Assembly (NCBI GenBank): GCA_037144275.1
Contig: JBAWXD010000001.1
Location: forward strand, 1-56,924
Length of the DNA stretch: 56,924 nucleotides
From: Paludibacter sp.
Lineage (GTDB): Bacteria > Bacteroidota > Bacteroidia > Bacteroidales > Paludibacteraceae
Direction: 5' to 3'
Shown: positions 17,014-27,495 of the stretch, one piece after another
How the letters are laid out: each line of letters begins with the position of its first letter
Numbering within the stretch: position 1 is the stretch's first letter
Notes under the pieces: generated by a model
The model's database searches: none
What the model was told of the DNA's origin: nothing
The model's input: the letters and a program-made list of their open reading frames with translations, nothing else
Made by a program: the position numbers and the translations under genes

Positions 17014-17637
17014 ATGGAAGTTAAGAATAATCCAACTATGGAAATAGTTATTTTAGAAACGGCAGAACGTTTGTTTCTTGAAAAAGGATTTGCCATGACA
17101 TCAACCACCGAAATTGCGAAAGAAATTGGTTGTAATCAGGCACTTATTCATTACTATTACCGTACCAAGGAAAATCTTTTTAATATTATATTCGAGAAAA
17201 AGTTTAAGCAGTTCTTCCAAAATATTTTTATTTTGGAAAATCTGGATCAACTGGCATTTCTGGACAAATTGAAACACATTATTGAAGCACATTTTGATAT
17301 GGTTCGTCAAAATCCAAGAATCCCGCTGTTGATAGTAACTGAATTTTCGAGAAATCCAGAAATGGTAGCCACCTTGAAGGAAAAGCTGCAAGGTGTTGTT
17401 ACAAGTCTTTTTGAAAGTTTGAACACCGATTTACAGGCCGAAATTGCAGCAGGACGCGTTCGTCAAATAACGATTATAGATTTGATATTCACTGTTATTT
17501 CTATCAATATTTCGCTATTTTTACTGTTGCCGGTAGCAGCTGAAATTATGACCATGGATGAAAAACAAAAAGAATTTGTTATAAATCGCCGTCGTGATGA
17601 ACATGTAAAACTTATATTAAACGGGATACGCTCCTGA
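17014..17637 (+). CDS. TetR/AcrR family transcriptional regulator
   Basis: N-terminal HTH ILETAERLFLEKGFAMTSTTEIAKEIGCNQALIHYYYRTKENLF. Confidence 0.92.
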   Translation: MEVKNNPTMEIVILETAERLFLEKGFAMTSTTEIAKEIGCNQALIHYYYRTKENLFNIIFEKKFKQFFQNIFILENLDQLAFLDKLKHIIEAHFDMVRQNPRIPLLIVTEFSRNPEMVATLKEKLQGVVTSLFESLNTDLQAEIAAGRVRQITIIDLIFTVISINISLFLLLPVAAEIMTMDEKQKEFVINRRRDEHVKLILNGIRS

Positions 17638-17669
17638 TTTTTTTCTAGAAACATTATTTTTTAAACAAT

Positions 17670-18959
17670 ATGAAGAAACTAATTTTAAATTCCCTGCTAT
17701 TATTCCTTTCAGTTGGAATTTTTGCTCAGAGCCTGACAATAGAAAGCTGTCAGGAAAAAGCAAAAGCAAATTATCCACTCGTAAAGCAATACGGACTGAT
17801 AGAGCAAACTGCTAAATACAATATTAGCAATGCCAACAAAGGCTATCTGCCACAACTTTCTATTTCAGCACGTGCAACTTATCAGTCAGATGTAACTCAA
17901 ATACCTTCAAGTTTGGGCGATGTTTTGTCGAAACTTACAGGTAAACCTTTTTCATTCCCTTCGTTGGCCAAAGATCAGTATCAGGCTGTGTTGGAAGCTA
18001 CTCAGGTGATTTGGGATGGAGGGGTGATTTCCACGCAAAATAAAATAACTAAAGCAGGAACTGAAGTTGAAAAACAAAAACTAGAGGTGGATTTGTACAC
18101 ATTGAAAGATCGGGTGAATCAGTTATTTTTCGGCATCTTATTACTAAATGAACAACTCAAACAAACCGAAATTCTAAAAAATGATTTGCTCACGAATTTT
18201 AATCGATTGGATGCTTATATTAAAAATGGTTTAGCCCAGCAATCTGATTTAGATGCCATAAAAGTGGAGCAGTTAAATGTCATTCAACGTGAATCTGATT
18301 TAAAGTCATCAATCAAAACTTATGCAATTCTGCTTTCGGCATTCACCGGACAGAATATTAATGATAAAACTGAATTAAACAAACCTGAGTTAGACTTGAG
18401 TGTGTTGAAAGGCAACACAAACAATCGACCGGAAATCAGTTTATTTAATGCCCAAAATAAGTTCTATGATAATCAAAAGAATCTCGTATTATCCGCCAAC
18501 TTGCCTAAAATTGGAGCTTTTGTACAGGGTGGATACGGTCAACCCGGATTAAATATGTTCACCACCGGGTTTTCTCCTTTTTATATCGGTGGTGTCCGGT
18601 TTTCGTGGAATATAAGCGGATTGTACACGCAGAAAGATAATCTCAACAAGCTCGATATCAGCAAAAAAACAGTTGACATCCAGAAAGAAACCTTTTTGTT
18701 CAACAATAATCTGTCAACTAAACAGCAGCAAAATGAAATCGAAAAACTGCAATCGACCCTAAGTAACGACGATGAAATCATACGGTTACGCGAAAGCATT
18801 AAAAAATCGACTCAGAATAAACAAATAAACGGTACAGCTTCTGTGAATGATTTAATCCGGGATGTGAATGCAGAAAGCCAGGCACGTCAACTCAAATCGT
18901 TACATGAGATTCAGTTACTTATGAATGTATACCAACTTAAAAACAATACAAATAATTAA
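17670..18959 (+). CDS. TolC-family outer-membrane efflux protein
   Basis: Signal peptide, NYP..Q, YLPQLS and OEP repeats; operon context. Confidence 0.85.
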   Translation: MKKLILNSLLLFLSVGIFAQSLTIESCQEKAKANYPLVKQYGLIEQTAKYNISNANKGYLPQLSISARATYQSDVTQIPSSLGDVLSKLTGKPFSFPSLAKDQYQAVLEATQVIWDGGVISTQNKITKAGTEVEKQKLEVDLYTLKDRVNQLFFGILLLNEQLKQTEILKNDLLTNFNRLDAYIKNGLAQQSDLDAIKVEQLNVIQRESDLKSSIKTYAILLSAFTGQNINDKTELNKPELDLSVLKGNTNNRPEISLFNAQNKFYDNQKNLVLSANLPKIGAFVQGGYGQPGLNMFTTGFSPFYIGGVRFSWNISGLYTQKDNLNKLDISKKTVDIQKETFLFNNNLSTKQQQNEIEKLQSTLSNDDEIIRLRESIKKSTQNKQINGTASVNDLIRDVNAESQARQLKSLHEIQLLMNVYQLKNNTNN

Positions 18960-18995
18960 AAACACAATCCTTCAAAGGGCTTAAAAACATAAAGT

Positions 18996-19913
18996 ATGAA
19001 AACAACAAATTTTAAAATGAGATATCAAATTATACTCGGAATAACTTTACTGGCCGGATTTACAAGCTGTAAAAAGTCAACTAATGATTATGATGCAACC
19101 GGAGCATTTGAAACTACAGAAGTGACCGTTTCGGCTGAAGGTTCAGGAAAATTGCTTACATTCAATATAACTGAAGGTCAGGTGTTGCAAACTGCTGAGA
19201 CTGTTGGTTCTATTGACAGCGTACAACTTTACCTGCGCAAAAAACAATTACTGGCAACAGGAAAATCGATTCAAGTTCGTCGACCGGATGTACAAAAGCA
19301 AATTGCAGCTATCGAACAGCAGATTACAACTGCCAAAACCGAGAAAAAACGGATTGAAAATCTGCTGAAAGCAAACGCTACCAACCAAAAACAACTGGAT
19401 GATGTGAATGCTCAGATTGCAGTGTTGGAAAAACAACTCGATGCTCAAAAAACAACGTTGGTAACTGCCAATCAGGGAATAACCGAAGATAACGAAGGGA
19501 TAAAATTGCAGGTTGCTCAGATTGAAGATCAGTTGAAGAAATGTCATATATGCAGTCCGATAAACGGAACTGTGCTGGTGAAATACGTGGAAAGAGGCGA
19601 ACTGGTTATGCCAGGAAAAGCACTCTTCAAAATTGCTGACACCGAAAACATGATTCTGCGTGCTTACATCACCAACGACCAGTTGAGTCAGTTGAAAATT
19701 GGGCAGAAAGTAAAAGTAGCATGTGATTTTGGTGCCGATAAAATGAAAGATTACATTGGTACAGTTGCCTGGATTTCGGACAAAGCAGAATTTACACCTA
19801 AAACCATAGAAACTCGTGACGAACGTGCCAATCTGGTGTATGCCGTGAAAATAAATGTGAAAAACGACGGTATTTTAAAAATCGGAATGTACGGAAACCT
19901 GAAATTTAATTGA
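18996..19913 (+). CDS. HlyD-family periplasmic adaptor (YbhG-like lipoprotein)
   Basis: Lipobox FTSC; SPINGTV; AEFTPKTIETRDERANLVYAVK signature. Confidence 0.9.
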   Translation: MKTTNFKMRYQIILGITLLAGFTSCKKSTNDYDATGAFETTEVTVSAEGSGKLLTFNITEGQVLQTAETVGSIDSVQLYLRKKQLLATGKSIQVRRPDVQKQIAAIEQQITTAKTEKKRIENLLKANATNQKQLDDVNAQIAVLEKQLDAQKTTLVTANQGITEDNEGIKLQVAQIEDQLKKCHICSPINGTVLVKYVERGELVMPGKALFKIADTENMILRAYITNDQLSQLKIGQKVKVACDFGADKMKDYIGTVAWISDKAEFTPKTIETRDERANLVYAVKINVKNDGILKIGMYGNLKFN

Positions 19914-19938
19914 CAGTTGATAGTTTAAAGTTGATAGT
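19911..19938 (+). repeat. 7-bp-period array starting at the HlyD stop codon
   Basis: TGACAGT TGATAGT TTAAAGT TGATAGT. Confidence 0.65.
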
Positions 19939-19961
19939 TATTTTAGTTTAGACAAAACTCA

Positions 19962-20900
19962 ATGAACATTTCAGAAAACATAGCTGACATTGCTATTCAC
20001 TGTGGATCCGTGAGCAAAAATTACGGAAAAATTCATGCACTCACAAACATCAATTTTGATGTAAATCGAGGTGAGATTTTCGGCATAATTGGTCCGGATG
20101 GTGCAGGAAAAACAACGCTCTTTCGGATACTGACTACGCTGATTCTGGCTGAAAGCGGAACAGCAGTAATCGACGGCTTTGATGTGGTAAAAGACTACAA
20201 GGAAATTCGCAAGCGGGTTGGGTATATGCCCGGCAGATTTTCGCTGTATCAGGATTTAACGGTAGAGGAAAATCTGGAGTTTTTTGCAACCGTTTTTAAT
20301 ACGACCATTGAAGAAAACTACGAGTTGATAAAAGACATTTATATTCAGATTGAGCCATTCAAAAAACGTAGGGCCGGAAAACTTTCGGGTGGAATGAAGC
20401 AAAAATTAGCCTTAAGTTGCGCATTGATTCACAAACCTTCGGTACTTTTTCTGGATGAACCGACTACCGGTGTAGACCCGGTTTCGCGTAAAGAATTCTG
20501 GGGAATGCTTCAAAAGCTTCGCAAACAGGGTATTACGATTTTAGTCTCAACACCCTACATGGACGAAGCAAGCCTTTGCGACCGCATTGCACTGATTCAA
20601 AACGGACATTTCCTGAAGATAGACACCCCCGAGAATATTGTCAGTCAGTTTGCCGATGTGCTTTGGGCTGCCAAAAGCGATAATATGCATAAATTGCTCG
20701 AAGATTTACGGAAAGACAAGGAAGTGAAAAGTAGTTTTGCATTTGGAGACTCGATACACGTTACAGTAAGAAGTGGAAAGTTGAAAGTTGAAAGTTTAAA
20801 AGAATATTTAGCAGAGAAAGGCCATAAAAATATTAAAATTGAGGCGATTGAACCAACTATTGAGGACTGTTTTATGGAATTATCCACAACACAAATTTGA
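19962..20900 (+). CDS. ABC transporter ATP-binding protein (YbhF-like, first NBD)
   Basis: Walker A GPDGAGKTT, LSGGMKQK, LDEPTTGVDP. Confidence 0.92.
   Translation: MNISENIADIAIHCGSVSKNYGKIHALTNINFDVNRGEIFGIIGPDGAGKTTLFRILTTLILAESGTAVIDGFDVVKDYKEIRKRVGYMPGRFSLYQDLTVEENLEFFATVFNTTIEENYELIKDIYIQIEPFKKRRAGKLSGGMKQKLALSCALIHKPSVLFLDEPTTGVDPVSRKEFWGMLQKLRKQGITILVSTPYMDEASLCDRIALIQNGHFLKIDTPENIVSQFADVLWAAKSDNMHKLLEDLRKDKEVKSSFAFGDSIHVTVRSGKLKVESLKEYLAEKGHKNIKIEAIEPTIEDCFMELSTTQI
20761..20795 (+). repeat. 7-bp-period array inside the ABC ATPase CDS
   Basis: TTACAGT AAGAAGT GGAAAGT TGAAAGT TGAAAGT, read in frame as VTVRSGKLKVES. Confidence 0.55.
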
Positions 20901-20911
20901 TAAGCAGAGCA

Positions 20912-21652
20912 ATGGAAACAGTAATAAAAGTTGAAAATCTGACTAAACGGTTTGGCAATTTCACGGCAGTAGACAATATCTCATTTGAAGTGAAACGAGG
21001 TGAAATATTCGGGTTTTTGGGTGCCAATGGTGCCGGAAAAACCACTGCCATGCGCATGCTTTGCGGACTCAGCATTCCCACCGAAGGAAAAGGAACAGTA
21101 GCCGGTTACGATATTTTCAAACAACCGGAACTGATTAAGAAAAGTATTGGTTACATGAGTCAGAAATTCTCCATGTATGAAGATTTGAAAGTGTGGGAAA
21201 ACCTGGAACTTTTTGGCGGAATTTACGGTATGAGCGACAAAGTTATCAAACAGAAAACCAATGAGTTGATGCTAAAGCTGAACTTTGAAGAAGAACGCGA
21301 CAAACTGGTAAAAGCTCTACCGCTAGGATTTAAACAAAAACTTGCATTCTCGGTTTCCATTTTCCATCAACCACAGGTTGTTTTCCTCGACGAGCCAACA
21401 GGAGGTGTTGACCCGATAACCCGTCGACGCTTTTGGGAAATGATTTACGATGCAACTGCTCAGGGAATAACCGTTTTTGTGACAACGCATTATATGGACG
21501 AAGCTGAATATTGCGACCGCGTTTCCATCATGGTTGACGGTAGGATTGAAGCACTCGATTCGCCGGATAATCTCAAAAAGCAATTTAACGCCAAAAATAT
21601 GGATGAAGTTTTTCAGCAACTAGCCAGAAAATCAACCCGTAAAGCTGATTAA
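20912..21652 (+). CDS. ABC transporter ATP-binding protein (second NBD)
   Basis: GANGAGKTT, LPLGFKQK, LDEPTGGVDP, TTHYMDEAE. ATG 20912 preferred over TTG 20897. Confidence 0.92.
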   Translation: METVIKVENLTKRFGNFTAVDNISFEVKRGEIFGFLGANGAGKTTAMRMLCGLSIPTEGKGTVAGYDIFKQPELIKKSIGYMSQKFSMYEDLKVWENLELFGGIYGMSDKVIKQKTNELMLKLNFEEERDKLVKALPLGFKQKLAFSVSIFHQPQVVFLDEPTGGVDPITRRRFWEMIYDATAQGITVFVTTHYMDEAEYCDRVSIMVDGRIEALDSPDNLKKQFNAKNMDEVFQQLARKSTRKAD

Positions 21653-21653
21653 A

Positions 21654-22760
21654 ATGAAACAATTACTATCTTTTATCCGCAAGGAATTTCACCATATTTT
21701 CCGCGACAAAGCCACGGTGATGATTTTACTGCTGATGCCTGTTATTCAGATTATTCTGTTTGGTTTTGCACTTTCGCAGGAAGTAAAAAACACCCAGGTT
21801 GTGGTGGTGGCAAATACAATGGACGAAGCTACGCAACGAATTGTAAATCGAATTGATGCCAGTGAGTATTTTGATGTGGCACTGATGGCGCATAATTCGA
21901 AGGATATTGATGCAGCATTTCGCGATGGAAAAGCCAAGCTGGCCATGATTTTCGAAGATCATTTTTCCGAGAATCTGAAGCATAGCGGTACGGCTCATAT
22001 TCAGCTGATTGCAGACGCTACCGACCCGAATGCAGCAAATTCTTTCATGTTTTATGCTTCGAATATCATCACAAACTATCAGCAGGATATTTCGAAGCCA
22101 CAATCGGGTGGCGGAATGATTGTTCCTGAGGTAAAAATGCTATATAACCCACAAATGAAGAGCGCATTCAACTTTGTGCCAGGCGTGTTGGGTATGATTA
22201 TGATTTTGATTTGTGCTATGATGACTTCCATAGCCATTGTTCGTGAAAAAGAAATGGGAACGATGGAAATTTTACTTGTGTCGCCCATGAAACCGATGTA
22301 CACTATTCTGTCGAAAATCTCACCCTATTTTGTACTGTCAGTAATCAATTTCGCTACCATTATGTTACTTTCGGTTTTCGTGCTGAAAGTGCCTATTGCC
22401 GGTAGTTTTATCAGTTTGTTTATAGTATCTCTACTGTATATTTTTGTTGCACTGGCATTGGGACTACTTATTTCAACCGTCACAAACTCACAACTGGCAG
22501 CTATGATGATATCCGGTATGGGTTTAATGATTCCGGTTATGCTGCTTTCGGGAATGATTTTCCCTATTGAAAACATGCCGGTATTTCTACGATTTATATC
22601 CAATTTCGTCCCGGCTCGCTGGTATATTGATGCCGTTAAAACCATTATGATTAAAGGACTTGGCCTTAGCGCTGTACTGAAAGATGTTGGAGTTTTGGTA
22701 CTGATGGGAACGGTTTTGGTGACAATAAGCCTAAAGAAGTTTAAAGTGCGACTGGAATAA
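21654..22760 (+). CDS. ABC-2 type permease (YbhS-like)
   Basis: KEFHHIFRD, YNPQM..FVPG, IVREKEMGTME, LSGMIFPIENMP. Confidence 0.9.
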   Translation: MKQLLSFIRKEFHHIFRDKATVMILLLMPVIQIILFGFALSQEVKNTQVVVVANTMDEATQRIVNRIDASEYFDVALMAHNSKDIDAAFRDGKAKLAMIFEDHFSENLKHSGTAHIQLIADATDPNAANSFMFYASNIITNYQQDISKPQSGGGMIVPEVKMLYNPQMKSAFNFVPGVLGMIMILICAMMTSIAIVREKEMGTMEILLVSPMKPMYTILSKISPYFVLSVINFATIMLLSVFVLKVPIAGSFISLFIVSLLYIFVALALGLLISTVTNSQLAAMMISGMGLMIPVMLLSGMIFPIENMPVFLRFISNFVPARWYIDAVKTIMIKGLGLSAVLKDVGVLVLMGTVLVTISLKKFKVRLE

Positions 22761-22791
22761 AGTCGGCAGTTGGCAGTTTGTAGTATGCAGT
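22757..22791 (+). repeat. 7-bp-period array between the two permease genes
   Basis: ATAAAGT CGGCAGT TGGCAGT TTGTAGT ATGCAGT, beginning at the stop codon. Confidence 0.65.
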
Positions 22792-22806
22792 TAAAAAGTC
22801 AATTAT

Positions 22807-23919
22807 ATGATAAAATACTTATTAAAAAAAGAGTTCAAACAAATCCTTCGGAATCCATTTTTGCCGAAAATGATTTTTATTTTTCCATTGATGGTATTGC
22901 TTGTTTTTCCATGGGCGGCAAGTTACGAAATCAAAAATCTGAATCTGAGCGTGATTGATAGTGATCATTCCTCGTACTCACGCCGTCTGACTCAAACCAT
23001 CGTTTCGTCAAACTATTTTAGGTTGACCGATATTTCGGCGGATTATAATCATGCTATTAAAAGCATTGAAAGCAATAAAGCGGATATCATTCTTCAAATT
23101 CCAAAGAATTTTGAAAAAAGCATTATCAATCACGAAAATGTGAAAGTAATGATTTCGCCTAATGCTGTGAACGGGATGAAAGCAGGTGTGGGAATGACTT
23201 ATCTGGCTACCATTGTTGGCGAATTCAATGCTACACTGGTTTCTGAATTATATCCCGAGATGGCCAAAAGCAGGTCATCTATTATTCAGATAGACTCGCA
23301 ATACCGCTTCAATAAACATCTTAATTATCAGGTATTTATGGTGCCGGCATTGATGGTGATGATTCTGACTTTGCTTTGCGGATTTTTGCCTGCAGTCTCA
23401 ATTGTTTTCGAAAAAGAAATTGGTACCATGGAGCAAATGAATGTGAGTCCTGTACCTAAGATTGTGTTTATTTTAGGCAAATTGATTCCATTCTGGATTA
23501 TCGGTTTTATTGCCATAACCATAGGATTTTTGGTTGCCTGGCTCGATTATGGATTAGTTCCTGTAGGGCATTTTTACCAGATTTATATCTTTGCAGCGAT
23601 TTATATTTTTGCCATTTCGGGTATGGGAATCGTTATTTCCAACTTTGCACAAACCTTGCAACAAGCAGTATTTATTGTGTTTTTCTTTATGTTGTTGTTT
23701 ATTATGCTTAGCGGATTGTACACGCCGGTGGACAGTATGCCGAACTGGGCACAATGGCTGGCTGCTTTTAATCCATTAAAACACTTGATGATCGTGATGC
23801 GTTCCATTTACCTTAAAGGCAGTAATTTCAGTCAGTTGGCTAAAGAACTGGCAGCATTGTTAGGATTCGCAGTGGCATTTAATGGATTAGCAGTATTGAG
23901 CTACCGGAAAAGCAGTTAG
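22807..23919 (+). CDS. ABC-2 type permease (YbhR-like)
   Basis: KEFKQILRN, EKEIGTMEQ, LSGLYTPVDSMP.W. Confidence 0.9.
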   Translation: MIKYLLKKEFKQILRNPFLPKMIFIFPLMVLLVFPWAASYEIKNLNLSVIDSDHSSYSRRLTQTIVSSNYFRLTDISADYNHAIKSIESNKADIILQIPKNFEKSIINHENVKVMISPNAVNGMKAGVGMTYLATIVGEFNATLVSELYPEMAKSRSSIIQIDSQYRFNKHLNYQVFMVPALMVMILTLLCGFLPAVSIVFEKEIGTMEQMNVSPVPKIVFILGKLIPFWIIGFIAITIGFLVAWLDYGLVPVGHFYQIYIFAAIYIFAISGMGIVISNFAQTLQQAVFIVFFFMLLFIMLSGLYTPVDSMPNWAQWLAAFNPLKHLMIVMRSIYLKGSNFSQLAKELAALLGFAVAFNGLAVLSYRKSS

Positions 23920-23950
23920 GGAATTTGGTATAGCACAATAGTTATAAAAA

Positions 23951-23983
23951 CAAAGCCAGTTAGGATATTCCAAACTGGCTTTG
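23951..23983. terminator. Bidirectional terminator
   Basis: CAAAGCCAGTT..AACTGGCTTTG between convergent genes. Confidence 0.7.
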
Positions 23984-24006
23984 CTCATTTACAGATAATG
24001 AAAGAA

Positions 24007-24813
24007 TTAATTAATCAATTCTTTCATTATCAAAGTCATAAGTGGCTGTACTGAATTCCCGATTTCCTGTACTTCTTCGTGTGTCACTTCAATTATCTTT
24101 CCCGGTACTCCAAGGTCGGTAACAATTGAAATTCCAAAACACTTGATTCCTGCATGATTTGCCACAATTACTTCCGGAACAGTACTCATTCCAACAGCAT
24201 CCGCTCCGATATTTCTAAAATATCGATACTCAGCTGGAGTTTCAAATGTTGGACCGGTTGTGCCAACATATACACCTTCAACAACTCTGATATTGTGTTT
24301 GGCGGCAATTTGTTTTGCTTTTTCAATCAGTTCTTTTGAATATGCTTCACTCATATCGGGGAATCGAGGTCCTAATTCTGCGTAATTTTTACCTCTGAGA
24401 GGATGTTCCGGAAAAAGATTAATATGGTCGGTAATAATCATTAAGTCACCTATTTCGAAATTTGGATTTACACCCCCAGAGGCATTCGAAACTAATAAGG
24501 TTTCAATACCCAACGCTTTCATTACCCGAACGGGAAAGGTGACAGCTTTCATATCATAGCCTTCATAATAATGAAAACGGCCTTGCATAGCCAACACATC
24601 AACATCCCCGAGTTTGCCAATAATGAGCTTTCCACTGTGACCTTCGACAGTTGAAACCGGAAAGTTTGGGATTATTTCATACGGTATTTCAGTTTTTTCG
24701 GTAATCTGAGTAACCAAATTACCCAATCCTGTACCTAGGATTATCGCCGTTTTTGGATTTGAAGGAATTTTTGAACGAAGGAAATCAGCAGTTTCTTGAA
24801 TTTTCAACAACAT
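24007..24813 (-). CDS. punA: Purine-nucleoside phosphorylase (trimeric type)
   Basis: [43 protein letters not shown]. Confidence 0.95.
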   Translation of the reverse strand: MLLKIQETADFLRSKIPSNPKTAIILGTGLGNLVTQITEKTEIPYEIIPNFPVSTVEGHSGKLIIGKLGDVDVLAMQGRFHYYEGYDMKAVTFPVRVMKALGIETLLVSNASGGVNPNFEIGDLMIITDHINLFPEHPLRGKNYAELGPRFPDMSEAYSKELIEKAKQIAAKHNIRVVEGVYVGTTGPTFETPAEYRYFRNIGADAVGMSTVPEVIVANHAGIKCFGISIVTDLGVPGKIIEVTHEEVQEIGNSVQPLMTLIMKELIN

Positions 24814-25873
24814 AATTTTTGATTTTTTGAATAAATAATGATTCGTGTTTATTTAATATCTCTACGCGAATTGGCAAAGCAAAAGTTCTTGATTTTAAAA
24901 TCTCAGGAAAATTTATGTCAGATACCATTCGAGCTGCATCTTTTTCGGTTACTATTATTAACTTTTCACCGGCTTTAAATGCATCAAACCTGCTCATAAT
25001 CAAATTGTAATCTCTTGTATGAAAAGTGTGATGGTCATCGAAAAAAATGGAACTTACTTTAGTTGTGAACTTATTAATCTGTTCTATTATAGGCTCCGGT
25101 TTAACTATGCCTGCAATGAGTAAAACACCGGCGCTGGTTTCTTTAATATGCTTGAATGTCCAGTTTTCTGGTTCTGAATCTGGGAATACCGGAACAATTT
25201 CATTATATATATAGCTGGAAAAATAAAGTGACTGATTATTTTCCGGTTTCAATTCAGTCTCTATCAAACGCATTTCAATTGGCTTGATATCAGCAGGACA
25301 TTTTGTCACAATAATAATATCGGCACGTCTACTACCACTTTTCCATTCACGTAAATTTCCTGCCGGTAAAACTAAATCACGACTATACAAATTCGAATAA
25401 TCAGTTAATAATATTGATAATCCTGCCTGAATATATCGGTGTTGTAAAGCATCATCAAGCACTACAACTTGTAATTTAGGCGCCATTTCGAGTAATTTTT
25501 TAACTCCGGCTACCCTTTTTTCATGAACAGCAACCAAAATGTCAGAGAATTTGCTGTGAATTTGATAAGGCTCGTCACCAATTTTTCTACTATCCGTATT
25601 ATCGTCGGCAAAATAGAAACCGGAAGTTTCGCGTTTATAACCACGACTAAGCATAGCAATATCCCAGTCTCCTTTTAAGCAGTTTAAAATAAACTCGGTA
25701 TGAGGAGTTTTACCGGTGCCACCAACAGATAAATTACCAACGCAAATTATTGGGATATTAAAACTTGTAGAGTGAAGTATTCCTTGATCAAACAGCCAAT
25801 TGCGAAGCATTATCACTGTTCCGTAGAGAAGTGAAATAGGAAAAAGCACACTGTATTTGATAATGGTTTTCAA
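24785..25873 (-). CDS. lpxK: Tetraacyldisaccharide 4'-kinase
   Basis: [43 protein letters not shown]. Confidence 0.95.
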   Translation of the reverse strand: MKTIIKYSVLFPISLLYGTVIMLRNWLFDQGILHSTSFNIPIICVGNLSVGGTGKTPHTEFILNCLKGDWDIAMLSRGYKRETSGFYFADDNTDSRKIGDEPYQIHSKFSDILVAVHEKRVAGVKKLLEMAPKLQVVVLDDALQHRYIQAGLSILLTDYSNLYSRDLVLPAGNLREWKSGSRRADIIIVTKCPADIKPIEMRLIETELKPENNQSLYFSSYIYNEIVPVFPDSEPENWTFKHIKETSAGVLLIAGIVKPEPIIEQINKFTTKVSSIFFDDHHTFHTRDYNLIMSRFDAFKAGEKLIIVTEKDAARMVSDINFPEILKSRTFALPIRVEILNKHESLFIQKIKNYVVENSRNC

Positions 25874-25980
25874 AATCTATAACTATTCAGAAATTATGCA
25901 GTGGACAAAGATATATTTTATTTAAGAAACTCAATCTATTATTTATGTAATTTAAGATAAAATGAAGCAAGAGTTTTCAA

Positions 25981-26202
25981 TTAGGGTACTGGATCGTATC
26001 CGCTACCACCCCAGGGATGACAACTACTAATACGTTTTGCAGATAGCCAACAGCCTTTAATGATGCCATGTTTTTTTACTGCAATAATTGTATATTCCGA
26101 ACAAGTAGGTGTGTAACGGCAACTCGAAGGGAGTAAAGGTGAAATGCTGTAACGGTATAAATATACGGGGAGTAAAAATATAAACCTAAGGATTTTCTTC
26201 AT
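25981..26202 (-). CDS. yidD: Membrane protein insertion efficiency factor
   Basis: [35 protein letters not shown]. Confidence 0.95.
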   Translation of the reverse strand: MKKILRFIFLLPVYLYRYSISPLLPSSCRYTPTCSEYTIIAVKKHGIIKGCWLSAKRISSCHPWGGSGYDPVP

Positions 26203-26220
26203 GGCAGAACATTTAATAAA

Positions 26221-26628
26221 TCAACAAATTTCAACCTGATATGTTTCAATTTTTGATTGTAATTTTTGAAGTGCTGTTTTCATTTTCTTTTCAATAAATG
26301 GAAAATCAAGTTCTTCGTCAGACACATAATTAAAAGCTACATGAATCTGAACCTGTTTTTTATTTAATAACTCAATCATTTCCTGTTTATTCAGCCTGTA
26401 AGTTTCACGCAAAAGTCGTTTTATACGGTTCCTTTTGTTGGCTCTTTTGAAACGTTTTTTTGGCACACTAACCAATATATTTGCCGGTTCAACATCCAAT
26501 TTTGTCTCAATACGAAAAAGAACCCGCAGTGGATAACAAATAAATGCTTCTCCCTCAACAAAAAGCTTTGAGATACGCTTTTCACCGCATAGATGCTCAG
26601 CTTTTGAAAATGCATTCGGATGTTTCAT
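26221..26628 (-). CDS. rnpA: Ribonuclease P protein component
   Basis: SVPKKRFKRANKRNRIKRLLRETYRLNK (RNR motif); adjacent to yidD. Confidence 0.92.
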   Translation of the reverse strand: MKHPNAFSKAEHLCGEKRISKLFVEGEAFICYPLRVLFRIETKLDVEPANILVSVPKKRFKRANKRNRIKRLLRETYRLNKQEMIELLNKKQVQIHVAFNYVSDEELDFPFIEKKMKTALQKLQSKIETYQVEIC

Positions 26629-26645
26629 ACCTAGTAAAAAATAAA

Positions 26646-26687
26646 CTATCCCAAAAGTACGGAAATTCTTCGATACTTTTGGGATAG
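26646..26687 (-). terminator. Stem-loop/terminator between hemD and rnpA
   Basis: CTATCCCAAAAGTA...TACTTTTGGGATAG, 14-bp inverted repeat. Confidence 0.6.
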
Positions 26688-26709
26688 CAATATTAATTTC
26701 TTAATTGTT

Positions 26710-27468
26710 TTATTTTCGAATTTTTTTATTGGCTTCCTTCAGAAAATTGTCGAGAGCCATTGTCATAGAAGGAAAACCAGGTAGCGGACATTCCAGATCT
26801 AAGCGCAATCCAGCATCACGAACAGCCTGAGCTGTTGTTGCTCCAAAGCATCCAATTTGAATTTCATCCTGAACGAAATCGGGAAAATTTTTCAACAAAG
26901 AGGCAATACCAATGGGACTGAAAAACAGCAGCATGTCGTAGTTGAATTCCTCATCAGGTCCAAAATCGTTGCTAACTGTTTTGTACATAATGGCTTTGTT
27001 GTATGTAATTTTCGCTTTTTCGAGCGTTGCCAATGTATCTTCGTTCTGAACATCCGAAGTAATAAATAAATATTTCTCTTCAGCATGTTTGTTCATAATA
27101 GTCACAAGATCAGCTAATTTGCCAGATGCACCATAAAATACTTTACGTTTGCGATAGTGAATGTAACGTTGTAAATACAATGCTACACTTTCAGAAACAC
27201 AAAAATACTTCATCGTTTCTGGAATCGTAACCCGCATTTCTTCACACAATTTGAAAAAATGGTCAATGCCATGTCGCGCGTTAAAAATAATTGCTGTGTG
27301 ATCTAAAATAGATATACGTTGAGTTCTGAACTCTTTAGCTAAAATCGGTTCAACCTTTATAAACGGACGAAAATCAATTTTGACATTGTATTTTTCACTG
27401 ATATCAAAATAGGGTGATTTTTCCGTTGTTGGTTGGGGCTGCGATACGAGTATCTTTTTGATTTTCAA
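26710..27468 (-). CDS. hemD: Uroporphyrinogen-III synthase (Bacteroidota type), TTG start
   Basis: KILVSQPQP..SPY, IDFRPFIKVE, FFSP.GI, and the conserved DUF4271-hemD-rnpA-yidD context. Confidence 0.85.
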   Translation of the reverse strand: MKIKKILVSQPQPTTEKSPYFDISEKYNVKIDFRPFIKVEPILAKEFRTQRISILDHTAIIFNARHGIDHFFKLCEEMRVTIPETMKYFCVSESVALYLQRYIHYRKRKVFYGASGKLADLVTIMNKHAEEKYLFITSDVQNEDTLATLEKAKITYNKAIMYKTVSNDFGPDEEFNYDMLLFFSPIGIASLLKNFPDFVQDEIQIGCFGATTAQAVRDAGLRLDLECPLPGFPSMTMALDNFLKEANKKIRK

Positions 27469-27495
27469 AGCTTTAAACTTAAATTATTTTATAAC

